Assembly: GCA_021162285.1 (NCBI GenBank)
Contig: JAGGYZ010000063.1
Span: forward strand, 1-39,016
DNA length: 39,016 bases
Direction: 5' to 3'
DNA from: Candidatus Fermentibacteraceae bacterium
GTDB lineage: Bacteria > Fermentibacterota > Fermentibacteria > Fermentibacterales > JCC-6
Of the stretch, positions 17,688 through 25,973 are shown piece after piece. A program made the translations under genes and the position numbers. The first letter of the stretch is position 1; each line of letters begins with the position of its first letter. The notes beneath the pieces are model-generated. The model had not been told where the DNA came from. It was given only the letters and a program-made list of their open reading frames with translations, and ran no database searches.

Positions 17688-18698
17688 TTATCTGATAACT
17701 GCTACAGATTCTGTAACACTCATACCGTCGGCGGTGGACAGCCTTACCAGGTAAATACCTGATTCATCAACGGTGATGCTCTGCATCTCATTGATGGAGC
17801 CGGATGAAACAAGTCTTCCTGCGATGTTAAACACTTCAACTGTTCCGTTCATGTTTCCCGGTACAGCAGCGGTAACGCTGAAACTGCCGGTTGAGGGATT
17901 GGGTCCCACAGAGAGAACAAGATCGTCTCTATCTTCCCAGCCTGCGTCGCCTATTCCTGTTTCAATATCGAGGAAATCAGCCCAGTTACAGTTTTCAACT
18001 TCGTGCTGTTGTGCCTGATAAGCACACTGAACAAATGTGGCAAGATGCAGTTCATTTACATCCCAGGTCGAAGCAATTGTGTAATCAGCGCTTGTAAAGA
18101 TGGTATCGGGGTAGGGTCCTTCAAAAACAAGCTCTTCTCCATAGTAACCCAGCACGTTATCACGGAAGGCCTGCTCAAATGTGGAGCCGCTCCAGAGTCC
18201 CACTCCTGGAATGTTGTCTTCAACTATTATAGGCCACAGCATCATGGGGACTGTCCACTGCGGGTCTTCTTCAGCAATGATCCTGAAACTCAGGGTTCCG
18301 GAGACAGCGTCACCGTTCCTCGCCACATCAATTGCGATGATTGCAGGAACTGCCAGACGCTGGTTGTAAGCACTCTGAAAAGTTGCGACATTAGCATTGA
18401 TTATACCGTCTATTTTGTAGTACGGTACGCCGCTGATACCGTACTGCGCCTTGCGAACGGTTTGTTCTGTAGGGTTGGCAAGGTAGATAGGGTCACTTGC
18501 AGTTGGCCAGTTCACATGTGGTCTGACGACACACAGCCTGCCGGAAGGCAGATTTGCGTTTATAAAGCTATTTAACTGGGCTTCATATTGCCAGCAGGGT
18601 CCGCACCCGCAGTTTGTAAAGTCTTCAAACAGAACAACTCTCTCTGCAGCTATCGACAGTGATGCCAGCAGTACCAGCATAAAAAAGGCAACCTTCAT
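17688..18698 (-). CDS. Secreted Omp28-like/thioredoxin-fold CxxC protein with T9SS type A-like C-terminal domain
   Basis: ATG 18698 after AAAGGA; signal peptide; VLFEDFTNCGCGPC; YGISGVP..IDG; C-terminal GPNP...VFNIAGRLV..SGIYLVRL. Confidence 0.8.
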   Translation of the reverse strand: MKVAFFMLVLLASLSIAAERVVLFEDFTNCGCGPCWQYEAQLNSFINANLPSGRLCVVRPHVNWPTASDPIYLANPTEQTVRKAQYGISGVPYYKIDGIINANVATFQSAYNQRLAVPAIIAIDVARNGDAVSGTLSFRIIAEEDPQWTVPMMLWPIIVEDNIPGVGLWSGSTFEQAFRDNVLGYYGEELVFEGPYPDTIFTSADYTIASTWDVNELHLATFVQCAYQAQQHEVENCNWADFLDIETGIGDAGWEDRDDLVLSVGPNPSTGSFSVTAAVPGNMNGTVEVFNIAGRLVSSGSINEMQSITVDESGIYLVRLSTADGMSVTESVAVIR

Positions 18699-18818
18699 CT
18701 TTTTTCCTTTCAGAAATTGCATTCGACGCTCGGGGAATGCAGTAAGATATATCCGTTTCATGAAATAAGCAACGCGGTGAACAGTTCTGTTTTGTAGCTG
18801 TCCCGCCTGAAAACCGTG

Positions 18819-18847
18819 TTGACAATTCAAGGGTATGTTCCTATAAA
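18819..18847 (+). promoter_or_regulatory. Sigma70 promoter for tRNA-Ser(GGA)
   Basis: TTGACA-17bp-TATAAA about 20 bp upstream of the tRNA. Confidence 0.7.
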
Positions 18848-18866
18848 TTGAACCCGGTTTTTGAGT

Positions 18867-18959
<93 letters not shown>

Positions 18960-19096
18960 GGCTGGAAGGTGAAGGGCTCCGAATAGAGGGTGGTCCGCTC
19001 CTTCCCAGTACCCTCGCTCGGTTGCGGCTCTGTGTGTAAAAAGTGATTACACTGTTGAACTGAATGTAAATAAATACATAACTGGGGGTGCTTCTT

Positions 19097-21637
19097 ATGG
19101 CCGGTGCTTTGCCAAGCGATACTTACGATGCATTATGCAGAGATGCGGAAGGTTACCTTGCCCGTGGACTGGCGGAGCAGGCCCGAGAGGTTCTTCTAAA
19201 AGCAACCAGTTTGATCGGAACCAGATCCCGTGCCAGAAGTCTTCTTGCAGACGCGTGTATGCAGCTCGCCCTGTGGGACGAAGCAAAAGTTCAGCTGGAG
19301 GCCCTTGCCACTCTTGAGGTAGACAATGTTTTTACCCATTTCAGGCTTGGACAGGTTCTTGAGGAAACAGGTGAGTATGAGCTGGCTAGAGACAACTTTC
19401 AGGTTGTTCTCGACATGAATCCTGATCACCATGGTGCCAGGGTCTCCATCTCCCGTCTGGAGAAGATCTCTGAAATGTCTTCACCTGCTGAAGCAAAGAG
19501 CACCCTCAGCGAGGGTCAGCAGGTGTTTGCGGATTCCACCGAAGGTGATGAGGTTTTTGCTCAGGACTCCTCCGAAGGTATTGATGAGCTGCTGAACACC
19601 ATAGGAATGGGAGAGAAGAAGGATGTTCCCGGCGTGGATGACCTTCTTGACTCAATAGGAATGAACCACGACGAGCAGAAAAAGCAGGAAAAACCGGCAG
19701 TTGACTTTGCCTCAATTTTCGGAGGATCACAGCAGAATGAAGCTACACCGGTCGGGGAGAATCCGCTTTCCGGTGTATTTAGCAGCGACACTGCCGGTGA
19801 CCCCGTTACAGAAGCGCCCGATCTCGGAGCAATGTTTGGAACAGGTTCTTCCTCTGACCCGAACAGGCACACTGAAACCGAAGAAGCTCCTGTGCCAGAC
19901 GTACCGGGAGTAGACCTGAATTCAGTGTTCGGCAGCGGAGAAACAGCGGAACAGACTTCAGAACACAAGCCATCTCTGGATACATCAGTGAGTGTTGAGG
20001 ATATTTTTGGTACAGGTGGACCTTCACAGGAGTCTGCGGCTGTTGAAGAAGAGTCAGCAGTTCCACCTCTTGTTGACCTGAACTCCGTGTTCGGAGGGGC
20101 ATCTTCAGAAACAGAAGCACGGGAAACAGCTCCGCCTGCAGTTGATGAACAGTCACCTCCTGATTCCTCTGCCAGCCTTGATGCCATATTCGGCGGCGGC
20201 GAGCAGCCAGAGGAAGCTGTTTCAGAACAGCCACCGGCTGTGTTTGAAGAGCAGGCTCAGGAAGCTGAACAAGAAAACAAGGCTGAAACAGCTGCACCTG
20301 CAGTTGATGAACAGCCGCCTCCTGATTCCTCTGCCAACCTTGATGCCATATTCGGCGGAGGTGAGCAGCCAGAGGAAACTGTTTCAGAACAGCCACCGGC
20401 TGTGTTTGAAGAGAAAGCTCAGGAAGCTGAACAAGAAAACAAGGCTGAAACAGCTGCACCTGCAGTTGATGAACAGCCAGCTGATATGGGAGCCATGTTT
20501 GGCGGGGGTGAACCTGCAGGGGATGCTGCAGAGGTAAACCTTGACTCTGTGTTCGACAAGGGAGAGGCAGAACAGTCAGTCCGGGAAGAAGCCGAATTAC
20601 CTGATTCAGCGGCTGATCTTGGCGCCATATTCGGCGGAGAAAGCCAGGTGGAACAGCCGCCTGCCGATGAAGCAGCGGCTCAGGCAATCGAACAGAATCA
20701 GGAAGAAGAAGCCTTACATGAAGAAGAGGATGAAGAGGCTTCACAGAGCGAAGGTACTGTTGCCGAGGAAACAGTGGAACAGGAAGTTCAGAGCGAAAGC
20801 ACTGACGAGGCTGTTCCTGCTGAGACACAAGCGCCTTCCGGAACAGCCGGTGAAGCTGCCGATCTCAATGCCATGTTTGGTGGAGGGGCTGTTGAAGAGG
20901 TCAGGGAGACCGACAAACCGGACATGACAGCAGTAGAAGAAAAAGAAACGGAAACCCCGGAAATTCCCGCCGACGAGAAAACCGAAGAACCGCCGGCAGA
21001 GATTGTAGTTGAGGTGCCTGTTGTTCCTGAAAGCCGGGAAGAAGAGCATGAAGAAAAACTTGATGAAACTCAAGAAAAATCAATAGAAAAGTCAGAAGAA
21101 AAGCTGGAAGAAAGTCCGGAAACTGAACCTGTTGAAGAGTCTGCAGCAGATGACGAGGCAGCCGGTTACACTCTTCTTCCAGGGAATGACAGCGCGCTGT
21201 GCGTGTTGAAACTTGAGACGGGCAGTGTGCGGGTGATCAGAGGTCTTCTGGTGGCAATGGATGGTTCACTTACCCTTGATGGTGAAGTTCTTACCGGAAG
21301 TGGTCTGGCCTGGATGGGGCAGGGAAATCTTACTCCTGTTGTTGTTCAGTATACTGAGGGTATGACCGTCCGTATAGACAGGGTTGCAGTGAGACCCGTC
21401 GGACTGACGCGGGAGACATGCGGTATTGGATCTGTGCCATCTTTGTGCAGGCTTCGCGGAAAAGGAGACAACATCCTTATGTTTGTTTCCGGAAGAATCA
21501 AGAAGCTCTCAGCGTCGCCGGGTCTGAAAGTCAGAGGGGGAAGCATAGTTGCTTCGGATCCCGGTGTTGCATTTAAAGTGAATGGCTCGGAATTCCTTTC
21601 TGTATCAGGAGAGGGAATGCTGATAATCACCGGGTAA
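19097..21637 (+). CDS. TPR protein with long acidic repeat region and C-terminal AIM24/TRAP-like beta domain
   Basis: About 3 N-terminal TPRs; ~570-aa E/P/A-rich region with recurring DLxAIFG; beta-rich C-terminus (AIM24 similarity by eye only); ATG 19097 after GGGGGTG, alternative GTG 19088. Confidence 0.75.
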   Translation: MAGALPSDTYDALCRDAEGYLARGLAEQAREVLLKATSLIGTRSRARSLLADACMQLALWDEAKVQLEALATLEVDNVFTHFRLGQVLEETGEYELARDNFQVVLDMNPDHHGARVSISRLEKISEMSSPAEAKSTLSEGQQVFADSTEGDEVFAQDSSEGIDELLNTIGMGEKKDVPGVDDLLDSIGMNHDEQKKQEKPAVDFASIFGGSQQNEATPVGENPLSGVFSSDTAGDPVTEAPDLGAMFGTGSSSDPNRHTETEEAPVPDVPGVDLNSVFGSGETAEQTSEHKPSLDTSVSVEDIFGTGGPSQESAAVEEESAVPPLVDLNSVFGGASSETEARETAPPAVDEQSPPDSSASLDAIFGGGEQPEEAVSEQPPAVFEEQAQEAEQENKAETAAPAVDEQPPPDSSANLDAIFGGGEQPEETVSEQPPAVFEEKAQEAEQENKAETAAPAVDEQPADMGAMFGGGEPAGDAAEVNLDSVFDKGEAEQSVREEAELPDSAADLGAIFGGESQVEQPPADEAAAQAIEQNQEEEALHEEEDEEASQSEGTVAEETVEQEVQSESTDEAVPAETQAPSGTAGEAADLNAMFGGGAVEEVRETDKPDMTAVEEKETETPEIPADEKTEEPPAEIVVEVPVVPESREEEHEEKLDETQEKSIEKSEEKLEESPETEPVEESAADDEAAGYTLLPGNDSALCVLKLETGSVRVIRGLLVAMDGSLTLDGEVLTGSGLAWMGQGNLTPVVVQYTEGMTVRIDRVAVRPVGLTRETCGIGSVPSLCRLRGKGDNILMFVSGRIKKLSASPGLKVRGGSIVASDPGVAFKVNGSEFLSVSGEGMLIITG
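20123..20478 (+). repeat. In-frame 162-bp (54-aa) tandem repeat, about 2.2 copies
   Basis: Units start GAAACAGCT at 20123, 20285 and 20447 and are nearly identical. Confidence 0.9.
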
Positions 21638-21683
21638 GGTTTTACGCAGACAGTGGCAAATGTTCTATTATCGGGGCTCATGT

Positions 21684-21759
21684 GGGGATGTAGCTCAGTT
21701 GGAAGAGCGCTGCCTTCGCAAGGCAGAGGCCGGCGGTTCGATCCCGCTCATCTCCACCA
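21684..21759 (+). tRNA. tRNA-Ala(CGC)
   Basis: GGGGATG/CATCTCC acceptor stem with G3:U70; anticodon arm CTGCC-TTCGCAA-GGCAG; GGTTCGATCCC; CCA; 76 nt. Confidence 0.96.
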
Positions 21760-21783
21760 GAAATTTATGAAACGGTGTAGTTA

Positions 21784-23268
21784 ATGAAACGCCAGTTAAG
21801 TGATCAGCCAGGTACCGGGTGCAGTGTTGCATGGCAGCTTCAGAATGGTCGAAGCCGTATTCAACGGGATATGGCTGCCGACGGGTTCAGAGGTGATTAC
21901 CCTTATGCCGGTGTGGTTGTTGTGGCGGAAAACCGCGTTTCGGAAGACGATTCTTCAGCTTCAATTGCAGTCGAAACAGTAAGGGATGTTTTCGCCGAAG
22001 GTGTTGCTTTCGGTGTGGAAGATGCGCTGATTGACTCTCTTAATGAGGCGGCAGAAAGCATAATAGACAAAAAACTTTCCGGGTGCAGCGTTGCAGCAAT
22101 TGCTTTCAGTGGAACCCATATCTGGTATGCTTCTGCAGGTAACTGCAGAATTTACAGAATAGATTCTGACGGTATTGAATGTCTTGTTCACGATCAATCC
22201 AGTGCTGCTGAGATGAAAATGTCTTCTGACCACACAGATTACAGTAAAAAAGCGAAAGAACTGAAGTGGTGGCTGGGAAGCTCTTTCCCGGGTAAACCTG
22301 TCTGCGGCCATTCCCGGATCAGGCGGGATACCACGTACCTTGTTCTTACAGCTGGTGGCTGGTTTCAGTTCGAAAGCAGTGCAGTTGCTGTACACACAAG
22401 GGCAATAAAGAAAACTCTCGCTGGGTGGCTTTCCTCTCTCTCCAGGGATTTGAAACTTGCATACAGGAGGCAGGGTGGCGCCTTAGGGGCTGTTTCCGGC
22501 GTGAAGAGCGGAAGCGGAAGCTCTGTGCCATGGAAGTCGTGGTCCTTTGTGGCTGCTGTTATAGGTTTGATAGGGTTTCTCGTTTTTGCCAGCCCATTCT
22601 CTTCCGGGTCAGGTGAAGAGGAAAAGATCGATCTGTTCTATCCGGATTCGGAAGAACAGATTGTACAGCCCATTATGGAAAATTCTTCACAGCTTGCTGA
22701 CAGCACCGGTTCGTCCGGAATGTTTGCAATGATAGCAGACAGTCTTACAGTTGAAACACCCGACAGCGAAGTTGTTCCAGACATAACTTCCGAACTGCCT
22801 CTGCAACTTGTGCAGGTAGGAGGAGTGGTTCCTCTTTTGAATCCGGATACTTTTGCTGTCAGTCTGAATGCAGAACCCGATCTGCAGTGGGAGAATTTTA
22901 CTCCCGGTATCTACGCTGTAAGCGGAGACACTGCCTCCTGTGTTCTGGCTCAGGTAATCAGCTCATCTTATCCTGGACTTGAAATAGTGGAAGTGGACCG
23001 CATTGTTACGGTAAGGGAGAATGGTGTGGTTGAATCTGCCAGATGGCTGTCTTCGCTTTCCAGTGAACTTGCAGAGGGTACTGTTGTGGTTGTGGAGACA
23101 ACAAGCAGCGTTGCCGGTGGTGCAGAATGGATAAGAAATTACCCGGTTTTTGTTAATGGTAACCGATCTGATCGTGCAGGAGAAGCAGGTGGCTTTATGG
23201 GCGATTCTCTTCCCGGGCTTCCGTCTTTGAGAAATCCTCGTTGCTACAGGCTCGTTATTGTTCTCTGA
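21784..23268 (+). CDS. Degenerate PP2C/PPM-like domain + single TM + extracytoplasmic domain
   Basis: AS.IAV, GCSVAAIAF, ASAGNCRIY, LVHDQS resemble PPM motifs; TM WSFVAAVIGLIGFLVFA. Confidence 0.65.
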   Translation: MKRQLSDQPGTGCSVAWQLQNGRSRIQRDMAADGFRGDYPYAGVVVVAENRVSEDDSSASIAVETVRDVFAEGVAFGVEDALIDSLNEAAESIIDKKLSGCSVAAIAFSGTHIWYASAGNCRIYRIDSDGIECLVHDQSSAAEMKMSSDHTDYSKKAKELKWWLGSSFPGKPVCGHSRIRRDTTYLVLTAGGWFQFESSAVAVHTRAIKKTLAGWLSSLSRDLKLAYRRQGGALGAVSGVKSGSGSSVPWKSWSFVAAVIGLIGFLVFASPFSSGSGEEEKIDLFYPDSEEQIVQPIMENSSQLADSTGSSGMFAMIADSLTVETPDSEVVPDITSELPLQLVQVGGVVPLLNPDTFAVSLNAEPDLQWENFTPGIYAVSGDTASCVLAQVISSSYPGLEIVEVDRIVTVRENGVVESARWLSSLSSELAEGTVVVVETTSSVAGGAEWIRNYPVFVNGNRSDRAGEAGGFMGDSLPGLPSLRNPRCYRLVIVL

Positions 23269-23348
23269 TTACAACCTGTATCCATCTTTTGTTTTTGCTG
23301 TATGATTTCTTTGTATCAGCAAGTTGCGATGTGTTCTGTTCAAGAGAC

Positions 23349-23377
23349 TTGAAAAAAAACCTGTTTTTGCCTATCTT
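23349..23377 (+). promoter_or_regulatory. Putative promoter of SRP RNA / dnaX operon
   Basis: TTGAAA-17bp-TATCTT directly upstream of ffs. Confidence 0.5.
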
Positions 23378-23380
23378 TGC

Positions 23381-23651
23381 GTGCCGGTCACTCTAGATGG
23401 GGAGCCAGCGGTGCCCTGTACTCGCAATCCGCTACAGCGGGGTCGAACACCTGGCGCGGCTTTGTTCTATGAGGTGCTCTTCAAACACTGGTTTAGCAGG
23501 CAGAACCCGCGCGGCGCAGCCCCGCGAACCCGGTCAGGGCCGGAAGGCAGCAGCCGTAAACGGAATGCTGCGGGTGATGCGGATCATTTTGTTTGTGCCT
23601 TTGTTTGATTCACTTTGCAGAGTTCGTCAATCCAGGTTGAGTGACCGGCAC
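23381..23651 (+). ncRNA. ffs: Large (Alu-domain-containing) bacterial SRP RNA
   Basis: Terminal helix GTGCCGGTCACTC/GAGTGACCGGCAC; Alu-like TAGATGGGGAG..GCGGTGCCCTGTA..GCAATCCGCTA; helix 8 GTCAGGGCCGGAAGGCAGCAGC; upstream of dnaX. Confidence 0.93.
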
Positions 23652-23686
23652 GAAAAGCGACCTTCAGCTGCAGACAGGAGGACAGA

Positions 23687-25060
23687 TTGAGTTATCTTGT
23701 GTTCGCGCGGAAATGGAGACCGCAGACTTTCAGCGAGGTTATTGCTCAGGAGCATGTAACGAAAACTCTTCGCAATGCCATCGAAAAAGAGCGTCTGGGA
23801 CATGCCTATCTGTTTACCGGCCCCAGGGGTGTAGGAAAAACTACAACTGCCAGAATTCTGGCAAAAGCTCTGAACTGCATCAACGGACCAACACCGGATC
23901 CCTGTATGCAGTGTGAAGCCTGCAGAAGAATAGCAGCAGGCAGCCATCTTGATGTGCTTGAAATAGATGGAGCAAGCAACAGAGGTATAGATGAGATAAG
24001 AGACCTGCGGGAAAAAGCTAGATATGCCGCCGCTGAGGGCGGATACAAAATTTACATAATTGATGAAGTACATATGCTTACCAGAGAGGCGTTTAACGCT
24101 CTTCTGAAGATACTGGAGGAACCGCCTGACAAAGTAATATTTATCTTTGCAACAACGGAGCCAAGAAAGGTTCCCGCCACAATTCTCAGCCGCTGTCAGA
24201 GATTCGATTTCAGAAGAATACCTTCTTCAGTCATGGCTGAATACATCAGAGAAGAAGCGGGAAAAGAGAAAATATCAATCGATTCAGATGCCCTCAGCCT
24301 CGTGTGCAGGGCATCGGGAGGAAGCATGAGAGATGCTCTTTCCATCATGGATCAGCTTGTGAGTTTCTCAGGCAGAGAGATCAAAGGAGAAGCGGTTTCC
24401 AGGCTGCTTGGTCTGGTCGAGGCGGATCTGCTGGCTGAAATTTCCAGTGCTGTTCTTCATTCCCGCGGCTCAGTTGCGCTCGACCTTATTCAAGACGCAC
24501 TTGTTCGCGGATACAGTACAGAGGAACTCATTGCTGCACTGGTTGGTTTTTTAAGAAATCTTCTTCTTTCGGCTGCCGGGGCAGAAAAGGGAATAACTGA
24601 CCTTTCAGACAGTGAGATTGCCCTTCTGCATCAGACGGTTGCTGGCGTTTCCGATGTACATGTACTGAATGTACTAAGGCTTGTTGCCGGTGCATCCGGT
24701 CAAATCAGGTCCGGAGCTTCTCCCAGAATCTCACTTGAAGCGGCTTTGATAACAGCGTCCAAACTTGGTATAGCATTTGGAATTGAAAGTCTGCCTCCTG
24801 TGACCGAAAAGGTTGCTGTTGCTGCAGTGGATAGTTTAAAGGAAAACAGTAACAGTTCTTCCGTAACTGAAGTACCTGACAAAAGAAAGAGCACAGATGA
24901 CGATGAAACACCAGTGGAGATGCCCGTCGTTGCAGAACCGTCTGTAAACGGGAAGAATGACGCAGTGGACGATGCGCCCGGTGATAATGAAAAAGAGAGG
25001 GAAAATTCTTACGTGAGAAAGATCTCCGGTCTGTTTGATATGATCCCTGAAAACAGGTAG
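23687..25060 (+). CDS. dnaX: DNA polymerase III subunit gamma/tau
   Basis: ARKWRPQTF, GPRGVGKTT, Zn-binding Cys cluster, EIDGASN, IIDEVHML, ILSRC. Confidence 0.97.
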   Translation: MSYLVFARKWRPQTFSEVIAQEHVTKTLRNAIEKERLGHAYLFTGPRGVGKTTTARILAKALNCINGPTPDPCMQCEACRRIAAGSHLDVLEIDGASNRGIDEIRDLREKARYAAAEGGYKIYIIDEVHMLTREAFNALLKILEEPPDKVIFIFATTEPRKVPATILSRCQRFDFRRIPSSVMAEYIREEAGKEKISIDSDALSLVCRASGGSMRDALSIMDQLVSFSGREIKGEAVSRLLGLVEADLLAEISSAVLHSRGSVALDLIQDALVRGYSTEELIAALVGFLRNLLLSAAGAEKGITDLSDSEIALLHQTVAGVSDVHVLNVLRLVAGASGQIRSGASPRISLEAALITASKLGIAFGIESLPPVTEKVAVAAVDSLKENSNSSSVTEVPDKRKSTDDDETPVEMPVVAEPSVNGKNDAVDDAPGDNEKERENSYVRKISGLFDMIPENR

Positions 25061-25074
25061 GAACAGGTGAAAAA

Positions 25075-25389
25075 ATGAACCGCCAGATGAAGAAAATGAT
25101 GGCTCAGGCCCAGAAAATGCAGCAGGATATGATGAAAGCCCAGGAGGAACTGGCTCAGGAGCGAGTAGAAGGTTCATCCGGCGGCGGGATGGTTAAGGTT
25201 ACGGTTACCGGACAGTCCGATGTTGTTGGAATAAAAATCTCACCTGAAGTGGTAGACTCGGAAGATGTGGAGATGCTTGAGGATATGATACTGGCAGCTG
25301 TTAATGATGCCGTTGAAAAAAGCAAAACTGTAGCGGAAAAGAAAATGGGCAGGCTTGGAGTTCCAGGCGGGCTGGGAGGGTTGATGTGA
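25075..25389 (+). CDS. ybaB: YbaB/EbfC nucleoid-associated protein
   Basis: QAQKMQ, GGGMVKV, DVEMLEDMILAAVNDA; between dnaX and recR. Confidence 0.95.
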   Translation: MNRQMKKMMAQAQKMQQDMMKAQEELAQERVEGSSGGGMVKVTVTGQSDVVGIKISPEVVDSEDVEMLEDMILAAVNDAVEKSKTVAEKKMGRLGVPGGLGGLM

Positions 25390-25973
25390 AAGAGTCGGTT
25401 GTAGACTCTCTTGCTCTTGCCCTGGGCAGGCTTCCAGGTATAGGAAAGAAGACTGCTCTCAGACTGGCCTTTGCCCTGGTGGACAACAGACAGCTTGCAT
25501 CAGATCTTTCAACTGTTCTTGCAGAAACGGCAGCAGGTGTCAGGGAATGTGTGTTGTGCCGGAATCTTACTGACGGGGAAGTTTGTGAAACCTGTCTCGA
25601 CAGGTCCCGCCAGAACACGATATGTGTTGTTCACACACCTGCGGATCAGAGGTCTATGGAGGACACAGGGCTTTATCGCGGGTACTACTTTGTTCTTCAT
25701 GGAAGTCTTGCTCCCCTTGACGGTACAGGGCCTTCCGACCTTGGAATACCCCTTCTGGTGGAGAGAGCAACAAGCATAGATGCCACAGAGGTTATTCTGG
25801 CTCTTGATTCCACCACAGAAGGTGAAGCAACCTGTGCTTACATTGCCAATCAGCTTGAATCGAAGAATATCAAGGTAACACAGCTTGCAAGAGGTCTGCC
25901 GCCAGGAGCTCTTGTTGAATTTGCCGATTCTCTCACTCTTTCCCAGGCTCTCAAAGGCCGCCGCGGGTATTGA
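25386..25973 (+). CDS. recR: Recombination protein RecR
   Basis: LPGIGKKTA.RLA HhH, CxxC..CxxC zinc finger, EGEAT, ARGLP.G, GRR. Confidence 0.95.
   Translation: MKESVVDSLALALGRLPGIGKKTALRLAFALVDNRQLASDLSTVLAETAAGVRECVLCRNLTDGEVCETCLDRSRQNTICVVHTPADQRSMEDTGLYRGYYFVLHGSLAPLDGTGPSDLGIPLLVERATSIDATEVILALDSTTEGEATCAYIANQLESKNIKVTQLARGLPPGALVEFADSLTLSQALKGRRGY

Noticed and set aside
19561-20828. Long antisense ORFs (208 and 340 aa)
   Set aside because: Shadows of the low-complexity Glu-rich gene
23372-23379. Bacteroidota-type -7 promoter (TATCTTTG)
   Set aside because: Single instance that also fits TTGAAA-17-TATCTT; other promoters here are classical sigma70
23324-23690. Two short ORFs (94 and 97 aa)
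   Set aside because: They overlap the SRP RNA and its promoter
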